Positions 29,461 through 37,790 of a DNA stretch of 64,000 bases are shown here, one piece after another (positions within the stretch are counted from its first letter, which is position 1; the number at the start of each line of letters is the position of its first letter). A program made the translations under genes and the position numbers. The notes beneath the pieces were generated by a model that worked only from the letters and a program-made list of their open reading frames with translations, was not told the DNA's origin and made no database searches. Origin of the DNA: an uncultured Gammaproteobacteria bacterium (GTDB taxonomy: Bacteria > Patescibacteriota > Patescibacteriia > Magasanikbacterales > GWA2-37-8); NCBI GenBank assembly GCA_964634875.1, contig CAZWKA010000006.1, positions 12,173-76,172 on the forward strand, given 5' to 3'.

Positions 29461-29847
29461 ATGCGAAGACTGTTTGTTTCGTTGTTGGCTCTGATGCTCG
29501 TTACTGCTCAGGGCCATGCTGATGGCGGATCGGGCGAGGCCAAAGTCGTTTTCGAGGATCACACCTTTCTGTGTACACCTCGGTACGACGATCGGCCTGG
29601 CTATCCCGACTATTGGATTGTGTTTGTGCCAGTTGCTCCAGACCGGGACACGGGTAGTTCAACTGAAGGGGTGCTCACTGGTTGTGAGGAGACTAACTAC
29701 CAAGTCCATTGCGTTGATGATGTGCCCCACTTCATTTTCGGTCCTGCTGATGGCGTTGAATACCAAGGAGGCAGGGTTCGTACCTGGTCCTTCGAAGATG
29801 GGCGGAAGCGCAAAATGATCCTGCGTTGCGTTGGGCGCGTCAGTTAA
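29461..29847 (+). CDS. Secreted hypothetical protein (SD-led class)
   Basis: Signal peptide MRRLFVSLLALMLVTAQGHA; GAGGGGG SD; 4 Cys. Confidence 0.7.
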   Translation: MRRLFVSLLALMLVTAQGHADGGSGEAKVVFEDHTFLCTPRYDDRPGYPDYWIVFVPVAPDRDTGSSTEGVLTGCEETNYQVHCVDDVPHFIFGPADGVEYQGGRVRTWSFEDGRKRKMILRCVGRVS

Positions 29848-29912
29848 ATTCGCAAGCTCAGTTTGTCTCGTCGGCCTACCCGCTATCAGCTGCGGTTAAC
29901 GTACGCTCTTTC

Positions 29913-29984
29913 GGCCGCAGGTTCTCTTCATAAGAGTGCCTCGGCCACTTCTAAAAACACCTCGATACTATCGGGGTGTTTTTA
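29913..29984 (+). repeat. Double-hairpin 3' module, copy 2
   Basis: Diverged direct repeat of 29320-29390 with base pairing retained. Confidence 0.8.
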
Positions 29985-30105
29985 TTTTGCTTACCAAACC
30001 TTATATTACGTAGGTATATTTAATAGTAGTTTATAAGTATCGTTTCCCTTGTCTAGTTTTATCTCTAGTCGGTTTTCCCTTTACATCGTTGCATTAAAAT
30101 TAATT

Positions 30106-30852
30106 CTATAGTTCCACGCTAGTCATCTTTTCACGCGTCCAAATAAGTTCAAACAAGATCCGAAATGTTTCGGAAAGAAGGACGTTTGTCAAAATTGTTC
30201 CAAAGATAGGTTCGTGTAGAGTTATTAAGGCAATATTGTCATCCCATATAAGAATATCTGTTGGTTGATCTTGATGCTCTGGTGGTAAAAGTTTAACTTC
30301 ATAGAACCCTTTAAGTAAGGTTTTGCTTTGCTCGGCGAGCGGCTTGGAGCGTGCACTTAAAATATCTTGAAAAATAATTCCTCGTTTTTTTACTTCAGCA
30401 AAATATCGCCCCAGAAACCCGGGCATTAATTTTTCAATATTATTCGTTGAACCAATAGCAATTATTTTTTGAGACTGAAGTGACGCTGCATATATTTCCT
30501 TAATCTGATCAATTCCTTCATAAAACCGAATTTTTGGTTTATTTTTTTGTGTCGTATACAGGCCGCGCAGATCAGGTAGTACCTGTTGAATTGCCTCTTT
30601 TCTTTTTTCGAGCGCACGTATCAACGATTCCGGATCATTAGCCAAGTAGGCTTTACGTTTGTTGCGTGCGCGCTCTTCAATTAAACCTTTATCTTGGAGT
30701 GAGGCTAGCACGTTATAACAGTTGGTGCGGGCAATTGCTGTGCCTCGTGCCACCTGTGGCGGGCTCGAAGCGCCGTTTTCGAGTAAATACAAATACACCA
30801 GTATTTCAGAATGGTTGAGTCCAGCTAGCTTTAGTTGATCGTGTAAGCTCAT
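30106..30852 (-). CDS. TrmB-family transcriptional regulator
   Basis: AGLNHSEILVYLYLLENG, ARTNCYNVL, KPKIRFYEG and FELIW motifs. Confidence 0.88.
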   Translation of the reverse strand: MSLHDQLKLAGLNHSEILVYLYLLENGASSPPQVARGTAIARTNCYNVLASLQDKGLIEERARNKRKAYLANDPESLIRALEKRKEAIQQVLPDLRGLYTTQKNKPKIRFYEGIDQIKEIYAASLQSQKIIAIGSTNNIEKLMPGFLGRYFAEVKKRGIIFQDILSARSKPLAEQSKTLLKGFYEVKLLPPEHQDQPTDILIWDDNIALITLHEPIFGTILTNVLLSETFRILFELIWTREKMTSVEL

Positions 30853-31022
30853 AATGTCAAAATTATATATATCATTTATAATCAATTTAGTCAAGCGATT
30901 ATTAAAAATGTAAAAATAATAGTAGTTATATTATTGACAATATGGCGATTTTACGGTATGATGAGGAGTTCAAGATTGAGAATGTCTCAATAGTGAACAG
31001 TCGTTCTTTCAAGGAGCAGTGT

Positions 31023-31583
31023 ATGAGCTATAGTGTCAGTCAAGTTGCCGACCCGAGTGATATTGATCTCAAAGAAATACAGGAGAAGATAAAAGGTCTT
31101 GCTCGTGAGTTCGAATGGCTTGCCGGTGAAGGGGCGGAGATTCTGTCTCGCAATGAGCCACTCCCTTACGCTGTGTGGAGTGCTGTTTTTGCGAGAGTCA
31201 GCGATCTCGGACATGAGACGTGCTGGAGCTGCCCACTCCATATCGCGTATTTCGTGAAGGTCGTTGAACGCGGCATCAATGATTTACGCGCTCATCTTCT
31301 CAAACAAGGTCCTGGTGAGGAGCTGAACAGTGACTTCCAGCACCAGTGGTTCTGCAAGCTTTTGCGCCAGTTTGGCGGGGGCAACCTTGGTATCGGCTGT
31401 AGTCGTTTGGTGCCGAGCGAGCTTGCCGCCAACATGCTTGAGCTCCTGCGTACCCGGCTGGTCGAGGTCGTCCAGTGTAAGGACTGGCTTGTGAGCTTGT
31501 CGGTCGAGCGGTTTCGTGCGTTCGACCAGGAGGCGCGGGATATGTACGTAAAAAAGTACAGCGCACACTGGCCGACGAGGTAG
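31023..31583 (+). CDS. Hypothetical protein (SD-led class)
   Basis: Promoter TTGACA-17-TATGAT at 30934-30962; CGTTCTTTC followed by AAGGAG. Confidence 0.65.
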   Translation: MSYSVSQVADPSDIDLKEIQEKIKGLAREFEWLAGEGAEILSRNEPLPYAVWSAVFARVSDLGHETCWSCPLHIAYFVKVVERGINDLRAHLLKQGPGEELNSDFQHQWFCKLLRQFGGGNLGIGCSRLVPSELAANMLELLRTRLVEVVQCKDWLVSLSVERFRAFDQEARDMYVKKYSAHWPTR

Positions 31584-31715
31584 TGTTCATTGGTACTGGC
31601 GCTGTTCGCCAATCGCATTTCGCCCACACCCGGTAAGCGAAATGTATCGATCAATTAAGGAGAATAAACCGGGCTCCAATTCTCGCTACAAACATTTGCA
31701 TCGAGTGAGGAGAAC

Positions 31716-31980
31716 ATGGGCTATAAGGAAATTGATTGGAAGGCAGAAGCCAGCTGCTACCTAACGTTGCGTGACGAATTGGCTGTGGCAGAGGATCAGC
31801 TGCACTCCGTACGCCATGCGCTATTTACCAATCCTCAAATACCATAAGTATTTAGAGAATAAGCTTAAACAGCTTTTTAAGGAATCATCAGGTTATAGGG
31901 CAGCAGCAAGCTCTCACCTTAATCAAGTAGTTCTTCTTTTATATGGTCTGGAGCGGTGGTTAGTTGAGTGGGGTCTTTAA
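31716..31980 (+). pseudogene. Possible frameshifted small gene
   Basis: GAGGAG-led ORF 31716-31847 continues in the +1 frame (KYHKYLENKLKQLF…EWGL) to 31980, then a terminator-like hairpin at 32004-32038. Confidence 0.35.
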
Positions 31981-32308
31981 TAAAGTTTGTTCTCTAGTGA
32001 ACTCGGCCGGCCTTCAAAAGCCGGTCTGCTATTTTTTAGTTTTTGTTGTAGGTTGTCCCAAGCTATCCCACAATCCTTCAAACCATAAAGTAAACCAATG
32101 ATGTATTGCCCCATTCTCAACGATTACTCCTGCCAAAAACAGGATGACTGGTTTCTGTAGGCTATTTTAAGTGGAGGTAAGAGCGATGGCAAAGGATTTT
32201 TGTTTGCCGGCGACGCCTTAATTGGCACTTGCTTTGTCAAAGAACAAAAGGAAATTCGATCCTAAGGCTGGTTTTTTGTTTGGAGTAATTATCAAAAGGG
32301 GACAAAAC

Positions 32309-32348
32309 TGTGGATAAGCCAGTGTATAAGTCGCTATTAAGTGGATAA
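32309..32348. promoter_or_regulatory. DnaA-box cluster
   Basis: Perfect TGTGGATAA 32309-32317; AGTGTATAA 32321-32329 and AGTGGATAA 32340-32348 in the same orientation. Confidence 0.6.
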
Positions 32349-32441
32349 ATGTATACACTATTGTATACAAACATATAAAACAATGGCTAACATTAGCCAT
32401 TGTTTTATATTTCAGTAAAAAGCTGCTTATCACATACTAAT

Positions 32442-32457
32442 TGTTTCATGTGAAACA
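32442..32457. promoter_or_regulatory. parS site 1
   Basis: TGTTTCATGTGAAACA; 1 mismatch to the consensus TGTTTCACGTGAAACA. Confidence 0.85.
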
Positions 32458-32523
32458 ATTAGTATGCACCTGCGCTTTGAATAAGAGACTTATATCTCCT
32501 CTCTGTTTAATTTACAGAAAGGA

Positions 32524-32539
32524 TGTTTCACATGAAACA
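32524..32539. promoter_or_regulatory. parS site 2
   Basis: TGTTTCACATGAAACA; 1 mismatch. Confidence 0.85.
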
Positions 32540-32541
32540 TT

Positions 32542-33264
32542 TTAGTTTTTTATCGATTCCCACGCAAGATTAAACAAAGATCGATAGGTCTCAGCGACGT
32601 CACTGCTTTCAATTACTGTGGCGAGCGGTACATCTTTGTATGAGAATATAGCCAAACTATTTCCAAAAATAATGTTATCCGTTGGTAGTTTTGTTTCACG
32701 TGAAACAATTTTGATCTGATGAAATTGGGAGTTGTGTTCTTTGGCAAATTGCAGTGAGGCTTCGTCATAGGGCACTAAATCGCGCACGTGCATTTTTCGA
32801 TCTTCGATAATCTGTAAATATGGCCAAATTTTTTCAAGAACTTCGGGGTGAATGGCGTTAATTGATCCAAAAATATCGAGCTCATTCCAAGTGAAAATTT
32901 CACGGTAAAGGGCTGTAAGGCTTTCAACTCCTTGATAATAACGAATTTTTGGTTTCTCCTTTTTTGAGTTATACAAAGCAGCTAATTCAGGAATAGCCTC
33001 CTTGAGCAGGTGGCTGCGTTGTCGTTCCTCTTCGACCAGTCGTTCTGGTGATTCGGCAGCGTAGATCATGCGACGACCAGGTGTAATGCTTGCCAGCCCC
33101 CGCTCACGAAGTTCTTCCAAAATCAAATAGGTGGTTGGTCTTTTAGTTCCGGCCCGTTTTGACAATTGAGCAACCGAAGCACTGCCGGCCTGAAGAAGTG
33201 CAAGATAGACTTCTGCCTGTTTAGGATGCAGACCGAGTGTGGCAAGGGTTTTTGAGAGTTCCAT
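32542..33264 (-). CDS. TrmB-family transcriptional regulator
   Basis: LGLHPKQAEVYLALLQAG, KRPTTYLIL, KPKIRYYQG and LFNLAW motifs. Confidence 0.88.
   Translation of the reverse strand: MELSKTLATLGLHPKQAEVYLALLQAGSASVAQLSKRAGTKRPTTYLILEELRERGLASITPGRRMIYAAESPERLVEEERQRSHLLKEAIPELAALYNSKKEKPKIRYYQGVESLTALYREIFTWNELDIFGSINAIHPEVLEKIWPYLQIIEDRKMHVRDLVPYDEASLQFAKEHNSQFHQIKIVSRETKLPTDNIIFGNSLAIFSYKDVPLATVIESSDVAETYRSLFNLAWESIKN
32692..32707. promoter_or_regulatory. parS site 3, inside the TrmB CDS
   Basis: Perfect TGTTTCACGTGAAACA, read as VSRET in the protein. Confidence 0.9.
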
Positions 33265-33914
33265 AGCAGTATTTTTAATAGCCTATCATTCACTCTAAAA
33301 TATGTCAATAATTCTGACAATAAAATAATAATTTAGCTAATATTAAATAAAATAATGCTTAATTAATGCGGTAGTATTACTGACAAAATGGGTAATTCAG
33401 AGTATGATAGCGCGTTTAGAATTGAGATGGATGAAGTCTGGAAATTGACTTAAGGCTACTTTGGGATTTCATTCCAAAACGCTTTTTTACAAAACTGGCG
33501 CAAAAGCGTCTTGGGGCTTCATCGCGACTTTTCCGTTAGGTAAGATCGTGGTGTTCATCTCTCGCAACAACGATTTTTGTGGGGTTGGTTAGGAAGCATG
33601 ACCATCTTCGGGCTGTAATTGGAGTTGTGAAAGAAAAACCCGATACACCTTCCTTCCTGAGCGCTTATCTACTCACGCTCGGGAATGAATGTCGGATGCC
33701 GCTTGGGTAGATGTGGTGGCGCTTACGCTGTTCCTAATTTTTTGCTGGCTCGCTGCGTCAAAATAACTTCCCGAATAGCCTGACTAAATCCCGTTTCATA
33801 CAGCGGCTTTTTTGTTATTTTTTATGCACTGTTGTAATCCCGCAAAATCATTCAAAAGTGCGTAAAACTGTGCTATACTAGTGAGGTACGATTTACTCTT
33901 CTATATAGAGCCTT

Positions 33915-36206
33915 ATGGTGACGCAACATCGCCTTCTGGGGTGGCTTCAATACGCCCTGTTTTTTATCGTTTTATTAAGTGTGGTGGTGGTGCCACTTGC
34001 GATTGACACGCGCCTTGTAAATTTTTATATTTTGCCGAAGACGATTTTACTTTTTTGCCTGGTACTCGTCAGCCTTTTGGTTGTTGCTGTAAAAGCAATC
34101 ATTACCAAACAGCTCGAGTTTCGTCGTTCACCCTTGGATGTGCCGCTGATTGCGCTCGCGTTAAGCGGTCTTATCTCTGGAATTTTTTCAGGCATGCTCC
34201 GCGAGAGTTTCTTGGGACGTAGTGATTTTTTCGGGCTCAGCGTGCTCTACATTGTTTTCCTCGTTTTATTTTATTTTTTAATCGTACAGGTTCTCACGAG
34301 CCCACGCCGCTGGATGCTTGTGTTCAACGTGCTTGTGGCTGTTGGCGCCGCGAGTAGTGCTTTGTTTGTTCTTAAGGCAGTTTTCAATATTGACGCGCTC
34401 AACTTGTTAACGGGGTATGGTTCGCTGTCAAACACCATCGAAGGATTTAATGGTACTTTTGGCGTGTGGCTGGTTGCTATGTTTGTGCTTTCAGCCGGAC
34501 AGCTTATCAAAAAGGACCACGGTCTTGTTTCTGGTGTTTTGTACGGAGCAGGGGCGGTGCTCGCGTTCATTGCTCTTATCCTTCTCAGCTTCAAGGTCAT
34601 CTGGTGGATAATGCTTGCCGCCGTTATTCTGTTGCTCTTACTTGGTATCGGTTTTATCCGTGAAGCCCGTCTAAGCGTGTTGTCGATTTTATTTGCAGTG
34701 TTAATTCTGGTAATTATATTTATTTTCTTCGACACGCCGCGGTCGTTCCAATATGTTTTGCCGGTGGAAACAATTTTAAGTTTCAAATCGTCATGGGTCA
34801 TTACTTCGCAAACACTCGTCTCGGGGGCAAAAAATTTATTTTTGGGCTCAGGTCTCGGTACGTTTGTTGCTGATTTTTCTCAGTTCCGGACGCGCGAATT
34901 CAACACCGATGCGCTGGCCTGGACAATCCGTTTTAACGCTCCATTCTCAACACTCTTGTCGCTCCTAGCCGAGGGCGGTCTCTTGTTTGCGGTCACGTTT
35001 GTTTTTGTCGGCGTTAGTTTTGTTGGTCAGGCACTTTCTGGTTGGCTCCGCATCCGTCTTGAAGGCGGCTTGTCACCTCTGGTTGCACTGGTTGAAAAAA
35101 AACGGGCTTTGATCGTGCACTGGGAAACTTTCTTAGTGATTATTGCCTGGATCACCCTTCTCATTGGATCAGCAGTTATTTTTTACGGCGCAGTGTTGTG
35201 GTGGTTGTGGTTTTTGTTACTTGCGTTGTCGATGACTGGTCTCTTGTTCATCCAGCCGAGACTGGCGAGTGTGAAAAAAATTGTTATTGCTAACACGCCA
35301 GAGTACAATCTTTCATTTTCTTTTGTGGTTATCGTGCTCATGGCTGCGGTTGCGGTTGTGGGGGTGTGGGGTGCACGTCTCTATGTAGCCGAAGTGTACT
35401 ATGCCCAGGCGCTGACCAACACGCGTTATGCTGACGCCGAAGAGGGTATGAAAAAAGCGCTTGCACTTCAAGATGGTTCGGCAACGTATCATACGGGTCT
35501 TGCGCAAGTCTATTTGCTCGAAGCAGTTGCTGAAAGCCGGGCTGCCAACCCAGATGTTTCCAAAATCAGCACGCTTATGGCCAGTGCAGTTAATGAGGCG
35601 CGACGTGCCACTGACCTCAATCCTAAATCGGTAGCGACGTGGGAAAATTTGGCGACTATGTACGAAAATGCTGCTACCCTAATTCCCGAAGCGCGGGAAT
35701 GGGTAATTAAGTCGCTTAATGAGGCTATAAAACTTGAGCCGACTAATCCGGTTTTAGTTTGGCGCTTGGCCAATAATTATGCGCAGAGCGGTAAGTTTGA
35801 TGAAGCTGCTAAGCACTATGCTGACGCATTGTATTTGAAGCCCGACTATATTGGTGCGTTGACTCAGCTGGCTAACGTCTACGAACAATCACAAAAAACT
35901 GACAAAGCTGTAGAAGCTTACCAGTCTGCTTTAGCGCTCAATCCGACGAACGTTGAAATTATTTTTAACTATGGCCGGATGCTCTATAACCGCAACCAAT
36001 CGACCGACCGAGAGGAAGCGGAGCGATTGTGGCTTGAAGCTGTCCGTTTACAGCCGAATTATTCTAACGCTTTGTACAGTCTCGGACTTGCTTCAGAAAC
36101 AAAAGGTGATAAGACATTGGCTTTGCAATATTATTACCGTGTTAAAGATCTTAACCCCGAGAATCAAGACGTGGCAGCAAAAATTACGGCGCTGCTTAAA
36201 AAGTAA
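33915..36206 (+). CDS. Polytopic membrane protein (O-antigen ligase/Wzy_C-like) with C-terminal TPR repeats
   Basis: About 12-14 TM segments; LFLGSGLGTF…LLAEGGLL Wzy_C-like loop; TPR motifs (ALALNPTN, AVRLQPNY). Confidence 0.8.
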   Translation: MVTQHRLLGWLQYALFFIVLLSVVVVPLAIDTRLVNFYILPKTILLFCLVLVSLLVVAVKAIITKQLEFRRSPLDVPLIALALSGLISGIFSGMLRESFLGRSDFFGLSVLYIVFLVLFYFLIVQVLTSPRRWMLVFNVLVAVGAASSALFVLKAVFNIDALNLLTGYGSLSNTIEGFNGTFGVWLVAMFVLSAGQLIKKDHGLVSGVLYGAGAVLAFIALILLSFKVIWWIMLAAVILLLLLGIGFIREARLSVLSILFAVLILVIIFIFFDTPRSFQYVLPVETILSFKSSWVITSQTLVSGAKNLFLGSGLGTFVADFSQFRTREFNTDALAWTIRFNAPFSTLLSLLAEGGLLFAVTFVFVGVSFVGQALSGWLRIRLEGGLSPLVALVEKKRALIVHWETFLVIIAWITLLIGSAVIFYGAVLWWLWFLLLALSMTGLLFIQPRLASVKKIVIANTPEYNLSFSFVVIVLMAAVAVVGVWGARLYVAEVYYAQALTNTRYADAEEGMKKALALQDGSATYHTGLAQVYLLEAVAESRAANPDVSKISTLMASAVNEARRATDLNPKSVATWENLATMYENAATLIPEAREWVIKSLNEAIKLEPTNPVLVWRLANNYAQSGKFDEAAKHYADALYLKPDYIGALTQLANVYEQSQKTDKAVEAYQSALALNPTNVEIIFNYGRMLYNRNQSTDREEAERLWLEAVRLQPNYSNALYSLGLASETKGDKTLALQYYYRVKDLNPENQDVAAKITALLKK

Positions 36207-36221
36207 ACTTGTTTGTTGTGT

Positions 36222-36851
36222 ATGCTTAAAAGAATTTTTGGTAGTCTCCTCGCCGTGCTGCTTCTCGGTTTTCCCGTGGCATCGCTGGCTTTTATGTCGT
36301 CGACTAATTTCCAAATTATTTCTGACACAATTGGAGTCGGCGGCGGTCTTAGTACGAGCACGTCGTATGGTTTGCAAGATACGCTTGGCACTATCTCGAT
36401 TGGCATTGTCAGCAGCACAAGCTATCGGATCATTGGGGGGTTCCAAACAAGTGAATCAAACGGTATTACCCTTCAAGTCAACAATACCTCACTCAATCTG
36501 GGTACCCTAAGTTCGAGCATGGTGAGTTCGGCCAATACCACGGCCACTGTCACGACGGACGCCCCAACGGGGTATACCTTATCTGTCGGGGCTGTTACCG
36601 GTACGAGCGTCACCCCGGTAGCTGATGGCTCTATTACTGCCGGGTCTGAAGAGTATGGTCTTACTACTACTGGCGCCGAGAGTTTGGTTTCGACTGATGT
36701 GGCAGTTACCAATGGTTTAAATTTAGCCAGTTCCGCAGCGGCAATTACCGGTAGCGCAACAATGATTGTTTTTAAAGCCTCTATTTCGAGTGCATCTGCG
36801 CAGGCGACATATAGTCAGAATATTACACTGACTGCGGCCAGTAACCCTTAA
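36222..36851 (+). CDS. Secreted Ser/Thr-rich protein (WxL-like position)
   Basis: Signal peptide; ends YSQNITLTA; precedes a DUF916-like gene. Confidence 0.65.
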   Translation: MLKRIFGSLLAVLLLGFPVASLAFMSSTNFQIISDTIGVGGGLSTSTSYGLQDTLGTISIGIVSSTSYRIIGGFQTSESNGITLQVNNTSLNLGTLSSSMVSSANTTATVTTDAPTGYTLSVGAVTGTSVTPVADGSITAGSEEYGLTTTGAESLVSTDVAVTNGLNLASSAAAITGSATMIVFKASISSASAQATYSQNITLTAASNP

Positions 36852-36857
36852 AATGGT

Positions 36858-37790
36858 ATGCGTGCATTTTTTTTAAAAATTATCGGAATCAGCTTCCTTC
36901 TTGGAGGTTTTGTTGTGCAAGAAGCGCAGGCGCTTTCACTCAGCCCGTCCCGAGGGGTTATTACGGTTGACCCAGGTGTGACCGGCGACGTGGTTGTCAA
37001 CTTTACGAATGATGAGGAGGCAAAAGTAATTTTGCAATTAGGTGTTACGGGCCTTAAGCAGGATCAAGCCGGTCGGCCTATTTTTGGGGCAGGTTTTGAC
37101 GCTGCCGAATCTTGGGTTGTGCCGGAAAAGAGCGATATTGAACTTGGCCCGGGCGAACGACAAGCTATAATTTTTAAAGTAACTGTCCCTCCCGGTGCCA
37201 CACCTGGCTCACATTGGGTAGCCTTGGCTGCCGAAACCCGTCCAGGAGTTGGCGGGAGTGCTGTTGTGAACAGTCGCTTAGTAAGCCTTTTGGCAATCCA
37301 AGTTGCTGGTGTGGTGACGGAAGACCTTTCCCTCGACGCCAAACTTGAGGAGCATGTTGCTGTTGGTGGCGAAACTTTGCCGCTCTCTGTGCAGTTGCTT
37401 AATAATGGCAATATTGAAGTACCGCTTGTCGGTAAAGTAACTTTCCGTTCACTGTCTGGTCGGGAACTAAAAACCACTCCATTTATTGTCGGCAATCAAT
37501 TACTGCCTCAGGCTGAACGTACGGTTGAATATGCTGTCGTCGCGGGTAGGAATAAACAGTGTGCTGCAGAATCGAACACGTCTCTTTGTGCTGAGCTGTT
37601 TTGGCCAGGTTTGTATAAAATGACCACGAGCATTACCTATGGAAAAACTCAGCAAGTAGTGGTGGGCGAAGAATCTTTTTGGTATCTGCCACTCTGGAGT
37701 TTGGGTGGCGGCATTGTTCTTGTTGGGCTTGTTGTCTTTAGTGTCCGTAAGGTGCGCCGTCGTAGCATGTTTCAAAAGTATGTTTCGTAA
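36858..37790 (+). CDS. DUF916-like cell-surface protein with a C-terminal TM anchor
   Basis: Signal peptide; LSLSPS, LGPGERQ…VPPGATPGSH, NNGNI; C-terminal TM plus basic tail. Confidence 0.7.
   Translation: MRAFFLKIIGISFLLGGFVVQEAQALSLSPSRGVITVDPGVTGDVVVNFTNDEEAKVILQLGVTGLKQDQAGRPIFGAGFDAAESWVVPEKSDIELGPGERQAIIFKVTVPPGATPGSHWVALAAETRPGVGGSAVVNSRLVSLLAIQVAGVVTEDLSLDAKLEEHVAVGGETLPLSVQLLNNGNIEVPLVGKVTFRSLSGRELKTTPFIVGNQLLPQAERTVEYAVVAGRNKQCAAESNTSLCAELFWPGLYKMTTSITYGKTQQVVVGEESFWYLPLWSLGGGIVLVGLVVFSVRKVRRRSMFQKYVS

Noticed and set aside
29320-29984. Classical integron attC sites
   Set aside because: No RYYYAAC/GTTRRRY cores and no intI; kept only as a cassette-like repeat.
32173-32221. GGAGGT-led 11-codon ORF (MAKDFCLPATP)
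   Set aside because: Too short to support from sequence alone; may be chance or a remnant.
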